From Gammaproteobacteria bacterium (lineage in GTDB: Bacteria > Pseudomonadota > Gammaproteobacteria > SZUA-229): a stretch of DNA of 24,891 bases. The position numbers were made by a program, and so were the translations under genes. Location: the NCBI GenBank assembly GCA_049666625.1, contig JBATHJ010000121.1:1-24891 (forward strand). The letters run 5' to 3'. The notes under the pieces were generated by a model that had not been told where the DNA came from, did no database searches, and saw nothing but the letters and a program-made list of their open reading frames with translations. Shown here in pieces: positions 19,039-24,891 of the stretch; the first letter of the stretch is position 1; every line of letters starts with the position of its first letter.

Positions 19039-19905
19039 CTACTGAATTCTGCCCAGTATGCCTTCCAGTGCATCCAGGCTGCTGTAATGGATCTCGAGCA
19101 CACCCTTGTTTTTGCCCTGCTGGCGCAGACTGACCTGGGCACCGAGTTTTTCACCCAGCTCGGTTTCCAGCCGGGTGATATCAGCATCTTTTTTCTGTGC
19201 TTTGGGTTTTGCCGGCGGATTCAGCGTGCGCTTGACCAGCGCCTCGGTTTCGCGCACCGACATGCCACGCCGGGCGACATCTTTTGCCAGCCGGCTCTGG
19301 ACCATGCCATTCACCCCGAGCAGGGCGCGGGCGTGGCCCATTTCGATGGCGCGCGTTGCCAGCAGGTCTTTGACATCGCTGTTCAGGTCCTGCAGGCGCA
19401 ACAGGTTGCTCACACTCGCGCGCGAACGCGCCACGGTGTCAGCGACCTGCTGGTGGGTCATATCGAATTCTTTGATCAGCCTGTGCAGCGCGGTGGATTC
19501 TTCCAGCGGGTTGAGATTTTCACGCTGAATGTTTTCAATCAGTGACACCGCCGCCGCGGTCTGGTCGTCAAAATGCTTGACCACCGCCGGTATCCGGTCG
19601 AGCCCGGCCAGCTGGGTCGCACGCCAGCGGCGCTCACCGGCGACGATTTCAAAACGATTGTCGGCCGCCGCGCGCACCACGATGGGCTGCACTACGCCCT
19701 GGGCTGAAATCGAATCCGCCAGCTCCTGCAGTGACTCCTGGTCAAAATGCACTCGCGGCTGCCACGGGCCGCGCTGGATCAGGTCGACATCCAGCTCGCG
19801 CAGTTCATCATCGTGTTGCGCCGTGGTCATCACCTGCACGGTGTCGCTGCCACCGAGCAGTGCATTCAGGCCCCGGCCCAGTCCGCGTTTTTTTGGTGTT
19901 GCCAT
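19039..19905 (-). CDS. parB: Chromosome partitioning protein ParB
   Basis: RGLGRGL.ALL, QPR, IVAGERRWRA, ENIQRENLNPLEE, HTH region. Confidence 0.98.
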   Translation of the reverse strand: MATPKKRGLGRGLNALLGGSDTVQVMTTAQHDDELRELDVDLIQRGPWQPRVHFDQESLQELADSISAQGVVQPIVVRAAADNRFEIVAGERRWRATQLAGLDRIPAVVKHFDDQTAAAVSLIENIQRENLNPLEESTALHRLIKEFDMTHQQVADTVARSRASVSNLLRLQDLNSDVKDLLATRAIEMGHARALLGVNGMVQSRLAKDVARRGMSVRETEALVKRTLNPPAKPKAQKKDADITRLETELGEKLGAQVSLRQQGKNKGVLEIHYSSLDALEGILGRIQ

Positions 19906-19922
19906 AATAGTATGTCCGCTAG

Positions 19923-20714
19923 TCAGGCCGGTATGCTGGTCGATGAATGTCGGTAATTACGACGCAGCATTTCGCCGGCGAGTGATAAATACGCGAGCGC
20001 GCCGCTGGAGGTCTTTTCATACAGCAATGCCGGCAGGCCGTGGCTAGGGGCCTCGGCAAGGCGCACATTGCGCGGCACAATGGTGCGATATACCTTGTCA
20101 CCAAAATGTTCAATCAGCTGGGCAGATACATCATTCGACAGAGTATTGCGTGGATCGAACATGGTGCGCAACAGGCCTTCAACCTTAAGATGCGGGTTCA
20201 CCGATGACTGCACCTGGCGGATCGTATCCATCAGCGCGGTCAGGCCTTCCAGCGCGTAGTATTCGCATTGCATGGGAATGATCACACCATCAGACGCGAC
20301 CAGGGCATTCAGCGTCAGCATGTTGAGCGCCGGCGGGCAATCGATCAGCACGTAGTCGTAATTGTGCTTGATGGGTTCGATGGCGTCCTTCAGGGTATTT
20401 TGTGCATTGTCGGTGCGCATCAGGCTGACTTCTGCCGCGGTCATGTCGGCATTTGACGGCAACAGGTCGATGCCGATATTTTCCAGCGTCATCACGCACT
20501 GTTTGACATCGAAACCCGACAGCAGCACATCGCAGAAGGTATTTTCCAGCGCATTCTTGTCCACGCCCACGCCCATGGTGGCATTGCCCTGAGGATCCAG
20601 GTCGATCAGCAGCACCTTGCGCCGGGTCGCAGCCAGTGATGCGGCAAGATTGACGCTGGTGGTGGTTTTACCCACGCCGCCCTTCTGATTCGCCAATGCT
20701 AAAACTTGCACCAT
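19923..20714 (-). CDS. parA: Chromosome partitioning ATPase ParA/Soj
   Basis: NQKGGVGKTT deviant Walker A, DLDPQGNAT, IDCPP, QCEYYALEG, EAPSHG. Start placed at ATG 20714. Confidence 0.98.
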   Translation of the reverse strand: MVQVLALANQKGGVGKTTTSVNLAASLAATRRKVLLIDLDPQGNATMGVGVDKNALENTFCDVLLSGFDVKQCVMTLENIGIDLLPSNADMTAAEVSLMRTDNAQNTLKDAIEPIKHNYDYVLIDCPPALNMLTLNALVASDGVIIPMQCEYYALEGLTALMDTIRQVQSSVNPHLKVEGLLRTMFDPRNTLSNDVSAQLIEHFGDKVYRTIVPRNVRLAEAPSHGLPALLYEKTSSGALAYLSLAGEMLRRNYRHSSTSIPA

Positions 20715-20718
20715 AAGA

Positions 20719-21360
20719 TTAATGTGTCTGTGTGATTTCGAGTAAGTGTCTTTCAGCCGCAAGGCCGGGTATATTTAATGTGTGTGACCGTTTTACATGG
20801 TATCCCGCCACGCTCAATGCTTCATCGCGCCTGCCCTGCATCACCAGAATCCGGGTGTTTGCATGGTGCAGATGCCGCGTATTCGCAACAATGATATCGC
20901 TGGCTGCCCAGGCGCGCGCAATCACGAGGTCAAAGTATATCGCACGGCCATCTTTTGTGGGTCGGTATTCTTCGATACGCCGGTTCACCACTTCGACATT
21001 ATCCAGCCCCAGCGCCAGTTTTGCCTGGGTCAGAAACCGGGTTTTTTTGCCGACACTGTCATTCAGCACAATCCGCATTTCGGGGCGGCACAACGCCAGC
21101 GGTATCCCCGGCAGACCGGCACCCGTGCCGACATCGATCATCGATTGTGCTGCGTCCAGATGTGGCAACACCGCCAGCGAGTCAAGCAAATGCTTGCTCA
21201 GCATTTCGACAGGGTCGTGAATGGCGGTGAGATTGTATGCCCGGTTCCAGTGAATCAGCAGGCCGATGTAGTCGATGAGTTTTTCCGGCACGCCGGCAGG
21301 CAGCTCCAGGCCCAGGGCGGTGATGCCGGTATTGAGTTCATCGAGCAGCTGCCGTGTCAT
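20719..21360 (-). CDS. rsmG: 16S rRNA m7G527 methyltransferase RsmG (GidB)
   Basis: WNRAYNLTAI, HLLDSL, DVGTGAGLPGIPLA; upstream of parA. Confidence 0.96.
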   Translation of the reverse strand: MTRQLLDELNTGITALGLELPAGVPEKLIDYIGLLIHWNRAYNLTAIHDPVEMLSKHLLDSLAVLPHLDAAQSMIDVGTGAGLPGIPLALCRPEMRIVLNDSVGKKTRFLTQAKLALGLDNVEVVNRRIEEYRPTKDGRAIYFDLVIARAWAASDIIVANTRHLHHANTRILVMQGRRDEALSVAGYHVKRSHTLNIPGLAAERHLLEITQTH

Positions 21361-21419
21361 GGGCCTATTCTCGCATGCCAGGCAGCACCAGGCTTATTCC
21401 TTAACAGCCTAAAATTATG

Positions 21420-24400
21420 TCAATGCCTGGATTTCCAGTCCTGGTGCCAGCGGATGATTTCATTGCCCGGCATTGGCCGACCAATGAAGTAGCCCTGCGC
21501 CGAGGTACAGCCCAGCTCGGCTATCAGCTCGATGCCGGCTTCATTCTCGATGCCCTCGGCAACAATGGTCATGTTCAGCTTTTGAGCCAGCTCCACACTG
21601 GATTGCAAAATTGCACGTGCCGCCTTGTTGTGCTGGGCGCCGTTTACAAATGTTCGATCTATTTTGAGTTCTTTGAAAGGCACGCGTTGCAATTGTTCCA
21701 TCGAAGAATAGCCGGTACCGAAATCATCGATCGACAGACCGATGCCCTTCAGGCTAAGCCGGGTGAGGATATCGAGCGCGGACGTTATATCCTGCATCAA
21801 TCGGCTTTCGGTAATTTCGAGCATGATTTTGGAAACATCCAGCTGGTGTTGTTGTGCGCAGCTCACAATGTATTCCGGCAGGTCGAGACGATCGAGTGAA
21901 TCGACGGATATATTGACGCTGAGATTAATATCGAGCCCCTGTTCACGCCAGTGCGAACATTGCGCCATGGCATCTGACAGAATCACATCGGTCATATGGT
22001 TGATCAGGTTGTGCTCTTCGGCGACCGGGATAAACACATCGGGCGGTATCATACCGTGTTGCGGATGACTCCAGCGCGCGAGTGCCTCTACGCCAGACAG
22101 CTGCATGCTGGCGATATCAATTTGAGGCTGGTAATACACCATGAACTCACCGTTTTCGATACCGTTTCTGAGATCATTTTCAGTGATTGATATCTTGTCC
22201 TTGTGCGGTCGCGTAGCCTGTTCTGTGCCTACCTGCAACAACAGATCAGTCAGCGGGGGGATGGTAACGGGTTTTTCCAGCGCGCCCAGAATATTCAGTT
22301 TGCGGTCACGCGCAATATTTTCCGCCGAGCGCAACAGCCGGGTGTCTTCTGCACTGATCAGAATAATATTGCCCAGGTAGGCCTGTTCAGAAAGATGGCG
22401 CAAAAATTCCACGCCATCCATGCCGGGCATGTTGAGGTCGAGCAATAAAACCGATGGCGGCGCGGTCGCGTTTTTCATATAGGATAAAGCGTCCTCGCCG
22501 GAGGATGCCGTGATAACGTTATTGATACCCAGGTTATTCAGGTGCGCGGTGACCAGGTCGAGTACAAACCGGTCATCATCGACAATCAATACTTCTTCAA
22601 AGTTAAACTCGGCCTTTTTCGTTTCCTGTTCTGTCAACTGCGCCTGTATATAGTCTTCGACGGCGACCATCGCAGCATCAAATTCGGGAATGGCTTTATC
22701 GAGCTGCGCCCAGTTCTGTTTTTTTGAAGCCGACTCGACCTTCTGGCACAAATTGGCCAGCCTGTCTGCGCCAATGGCGCGCGCGGATGATTTTAGTTTG
22801 TGGCAGGCATCTTCTATCCCGCTGCAATTTCGATCTTCATAGGCCTGGTGAATGAACGCAATCGTTTCGGGCGCAGTATTCAGAAACAGTTTGAAAAAGC
22901 GCCGGTGTTTGTCCGGGTCGGGCCCGACATAACGTATCAGCAACTCGGTATTAATAGCCGGTAAGCTCGTGGCCTGGCTCGACATTGCTTCTGTTTCTGC
23001 ATGTGCCGGCCCGGCATGGCCACTTCTGTTTTCAGAGGGCGCATCATCCGCCTGCGCCTCGCATGGTAACCACTGGTCCAGCTTGGCTTTGAGTTCATCT
23101 ATATTGACCGGCTTGGACAGGCAGTCATTCATGCCGCTTTCTATACAACGCGTTGCTTCATCTGCAGATGCATTTGCGGTAATAGCAACAATATGAATGC
23201 GCCTGATACGATTATTGGTAGACGCTCTTATTGCCTGCGCCAGCTCGTAGCCATCCATTTCCGGCATATGAATGTCAGTCAACACCAGGTCGTACTTATG
23301 TGTCTGTAGACTTTTTAGTGCCTGGGCGCCATTGGTTACCACGTCCGAAGTAAACCCCAGCACCTCGAGTTGTAGCGCAATTAGCTCCTGGTTGGTGATA
23401 TTGTCTTCCGCCACCAGGATGTGTTGTTGCCCATGATGCGCATCGTTGTTCTGCAAGGTTTTACTGGCTTCGCTGTTGTCTACTTCGACCCTGGCTTCAG
23501 CGGCCGGCAATTCAATCATGAATGTCGAGCCTTTGCCCTGCTCACTTTCAACGCTAATACTGCCGCCCATCAGCTCAACCAGCTTGCGCGTAATTACCAG
23601 GCCGATGCCGGTGCCTTCTATCTCACCCTGTTGTGCACCCAGCCGGTTGAATGGCTGGAACAAGGTTTCCATATCTTTGCTACTGATGCCGCGCCCGCTA
23701 TCTGTAAAACAGATCTGATGGTACCCGGGCCTGGTCACCTGGCACCAGACATTCACTGATCCGTTATTTTTGTTGTACTTGATGGCATTACTGAGCAGGT
23801 TGAGTATCACCTGCATCAGCCGTGTATTGTCTGCACGCACCCAAATCTCCTCGTGGCAATCAAGGTGCACGTCTTTATTGTGGTAACTCAGGCTGATGTT
23901 ATTTTTTTCTGCCAGCGGCCTGATCAACCTGAAACTGTCCACCAGTACCGGGCACAGCCTGACCGATTCGATTACAAGATCGATATGGCCGGCTTCGATT
24001 TTTGCGTGATCCAGTACGTCATTAATTAGTTCTAGCAGCAGGCTGCCCGCGTTATAAATAACTTTTGCGTGCTTCTGTTGTGCGCCGGTTAAACCCCTGT
24101 CTAATTGCAACAGATGGGCAAAGCCCATGATGGCATTTAACGGCGTGCGCAACTCATGGCTCATGCTGGATAAAAATTCAGACTTGGTGCGGTTTGCCTG
24201 TTCAGCTTCATCCCTGGCATCAATCAGCGCGATTTCCATCGAGTCGCGCAAGGCTTCGGCTTTCTCCGCTTCAAGCAGGTTGGTGCAGGTTGATAACAGT
24301 GGTTGCAGTAACTGGATTACGCCGGTGTTATACCCCTCGGTGCGATTAGCGATCCCGACCAGACCGGTCAGCCTGTCGCCTAGCTTGAGGGGTATACCCA

Positions 24401-24891
24401 TAAATGACTCCAGCTGCGGATGGCCTGGGGGCAGGCCACCCGATCTCGGATCATTGACAGGATCGTTCGAAATAACTGTTTCACCACTGGTAATAACCGC
24501 GCCCAGTAAATTATCGAGTTGCTTGAATTCGAGCCCGGTCGGGGATTCTTCCTCATACAGCTGCCGCATTTCGCTGTTCCATGCGATGTTGGTGATATGG
24601 CGCGTGCGCAAGAACGGTGGCTCATCAGCTGGGTATATCACTTCACTGATCAGGCCGAATTCACTTTCGGTAATATCGAGGATACCGTTGAGCAATTGCT
24701 CGAACACTTTTTGCCTGTCCTGGCCCGTAATAAATTCATCCTGCACTTTGTAAATATGCTCTAACAGGGTGCGTTGAATATAATTCTCAATTTCCGAATT
24801 TTTCCGCTCGGAAATATCACGCACAATTGCTACAAAGCGTGGCGAGGTATTATCAGGTGCAATATATTGAAGATGAACTTCGACCGGCTCT
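21420..24891 (-). CDS. Multidomain PAS-GAF-HisKA-HATPase-REC-HPt-REC-EAL protein (5' end outside the window)
   Basis: Frame stays open to the window edge (EPVEVHLQY...FVAIVRDISERK, a PAC motif). GAF (GLPPGHP..ESFMGIP), H-box SHELRTPLN, N/G boxes, REC LTDIHMP, HPt CHKLKSSA, REC LLDLNMP, EAL VEALARW with DDFGTGYSS. Confidence 0.93.
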   Translation of the reverse strand, partial: EPVEVHLQYIAPDNTSPRFVAIVRDISERKNSEIENYIQRTLLEHIYKVQDEFITGQDRQKVFEQLLNGILDITESEFGLISEVIYPADEPPFLRTRHITNIAWNSEMRQLYEEESPTGLEFKQLDNLLGAVITSGETVISNDPVNDPRSGGLPPGHPQLESFMGIPLKLGDRLTGLVGIANRTEGYNTGVIQLLQPLLSTCTNLLEAEKAEALRDSMEIALIDARDEAEQANRTKSEFLSSMSHELRTPLNAIMGFAHLLQLDRGLTGAQQKHAKVIYNAGSLLLELINDVLDHAKIEAGHIDLVIESVRLCPVLVDSFRLIRPLAEKNNISLSYHNKDVHLDCHEEIWVRADNTRLMQVILNLLSNAIKYNKNNGSVNVWCQVTRPGYHQICFTDSGRGISSKDMETLFQPFNRLGAQQGEIEGTGIGLVITRKLVELMGGSISVESEQGKGSTFMIELPAAEARVEVDNSEASKTLQNNDAHHGQQHILVAEDNITNQELIALQLEVLGFTSDVVTNGAQALKSLQTHKYDLVLTDIHMPEMDGYELAQAIRASTNNRIRRIHIVAITANASADEATRCIESGMNDCLSKPVNIDELKAKLDQWLPCEAQADDAPSENRSGHAGPAHAETEAMSSQATSLPAINTELLIRYVGPDPDKHRRFFKLFLNTAPETIAFIHQAYEDRNCSGIEDACHKLKSSARAIGADRLANLCQKVESASKKQNWAQLDKAIPEFDAAMVAVEDYIQAQLTEQETKKAEFNFEEVLIVDDDRFVLDLVTAHLNNLGINNVITASSGEDALSYMKNATAPPSVLLLDLNMPGMDGVEFLRHLSEQAYLGNIILISAEDTRLLRSAENIARDRKLNILGALEKPVTIPPLTDLLLQVGTEQATRPHKDKISITENDLRNGIENGEFMVYYQPQIDIASMQLSGVEALARWSHPQHGMIPPDVFIPVAEEHNLINHMTDVILSDAMAQCSHWREQGLDINLSVNISVDSLDRLDLPEYIVSCAQQHQLDVSKIMLEITESRLMQDITSALDILTRLSLKGIGLSIDDFGTGYSSMEQLQRVPFKELKIDRTFVNGAQHNKAARAILQSSVELAQKLNMTIVAEGIENEAGIELIAELGCTSAQGYFIGRPMPGNEIIRWHQDWKSRH

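Noticed and set aside
20715..20762. N-terminal extension of ParA given by the ORF track (also those at 1525, 10026 and 18469)
   Set aside because: It overlaps rsmG or lacks family similarity, and downstream ATGs fit family N-termini and RBS positions better.
18987..21360. parS sites or oriC near parAB
   Set aside because: I did not find a convincing TGTTTCACGTGAAACA-like palindrome or DnaA-box cluster by eye; a motif scan would be needed to exclude degenerate copies.

Overview
Origin-proximal chromosomal segment of a Gammaproteobacterium, possibly a sulfur oxidiser (weak inference from a DsrC/TusE paralogue). Left end (+ strand): C-terminus of a CtpA-like S41 protease, a divergent polysaccharide deacetylase, a DJ-1/YajL protein and a DsrC/TusE-family protein. 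These converge on a YceI protein and a secreted S53-like subtilase with TSP3 repeats and a dockerin-like tail. Right half (- strand): a large PAS-GAF-HK-REC-HPt-REC-EAL fusion gene (5' end outside the window), then rsmG-parA-parB, the full atpIBEFHAGDC operon and glmU. Where glmS normally follows glmU, there is a visibly AT-richer four-gene operon with its own predicted sigma70 promoter. It encodes a small GIY-YIG-like protein, a half-size HsdS, a full-length HsdM whose SAM-binding and catalytic motifs are destroyed, and the C-terminal half of HsdR with degenerate motor motifs. All four reading frames are intact. This apparently catalytically dead but uninterrupted type I R-M scaffold, coupled to a putative nuclease, is the best candidate for an undescribed system. 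All family calls come from motif recognition by eye; no database searches were run.
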